This document shows positions 63,658-64,000 of a stretch of DNA of 64,000 bases, one piece after another. The notes beneath the pieces were generated by a model. It was not told the origin of the DNA and ran no database searches. It saw only the letters and a program-made list of their open reading frames with translations. The stretch is taken from NCBI GenBank assembly GCA_938074205.1, contig CALJES010000012.1, positions 342,840 through 406,839 of the forward strand, written 5' to 3'. How positions within the stretch are numbered: the stretch's first letter is position 1; every line of letters starts with the position of its first letter. The position numbers and the translations under genes were made by a program. This DNA comes from an uncultured bacterium (GTDB lineage Bacteria; Armatimonadota; UBA5829).

Positions 63658-64000
63658 TTGCCTCAGGACATATTGGTGCTAATGACTGATCAACATAGGG
63701 CTGATTGGGTTGGATGCTACGGAGCGACGTGGGTGCGGACTCCCACGCTGGACAGCATCGCGGCTGAAGGCGTAAGGTTTGCCAATTGCATTACTACATC
63801 GCCGCTTTGTATGCCAGCGCGGGCATCTTTTTTGACCGGCCAGTACCCACACAATACTGGTATGTGGGACAACGTCGGGCGTGTCCACGACGTTCACAGC
63901 ACTTATCTGCATACGTTGAGACAAGCTGGTTACCGAACTTGTCACGTCGGTAAGAGCCATCTTCACCCACATGGAGGCGGCCGCGATCTACGGGCTGAAC
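63658..64000 (+). CDS. Sulfatase, 5' part (runs off the window; not in the ORF track)
   Basis: TTG start after GGGAGG; manual translation MPQDILVLMTDQHRAD...SPLCMPARASFLTG. Confidence 0.88.
   Translation, partial: MPQDILVLMTDQHRADWVGCYGATWVRTPTLDSIAAEGVRFANCITTSPLCMPARASFLTGQYPHNTGMWDNVGRVHDVHSTYLHTLRQAGYRTCHVGKSHLHPHGGGRDLRAE

Noticed and set aside
63651..63689. Frameshifted or pseudogene start of the third sulfatase (ATG 63651 stops after 12 codons)
   Set aside because: The in-frame TTG at 63658 has proper SD spacing and gives an intact N-terminus.

Overview
64 kb of a bacterial chromosome, gene-dense and mostly housekeeping or accessory. I found no CRISPR array, prophage, integrase or IS element. 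DnaK lacks the ~23-aa insert typical of Gram-negative DnaK, yet the window encodes an outer-membrane beta-barrel and an ArnT-like protein. This points to a diderm Terrabacteria lineage such as Armatimonadota (inference). Core genes: aroF; a dnaK-hsp20-dnaJ-hspR heat-shock operon with a HAIR-like operator and no grpE; csp; a PAS-GGDEF-EAL gene behind a sigma28-like promoter; an envelope/SAH cluster (DegT, nucleotidyltransferase, ahcY, WecB/TagA, PfkB, ComF); glnS with tRNA-Gln(CTG); radA-nadA-nadC-birA-apgM-rhaB; rlmN; acpS-nnr; miaA-hfq-dapF-dapL; and three sulfatases. Best candidates for undescribed biology: (1) a six-gene trans-envelope phospho-Thr signalling cluster at 44.5-52.3 kb, with five FHA domains, a shared CPFCG-x6-GNCxC zinc motif, a vWA protein with tandem DPNxT repeats, a PP2C and a Hanks kinase lacking its Gly-rich loop; (2) a ~200-260 aa C-terminal module (GLNxxGLL(V/I)xVxG...DDGS) shared by two otherwise unrelated secreted beta-propeller proteins, possibly a lineage-specific sorting or anchoring domain; (3) an operon of a degenerate ComEC-like MBL, a degenerate CheB and an MshEN-PilB. 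All calls come from motif recognition by eye; no searches were run.
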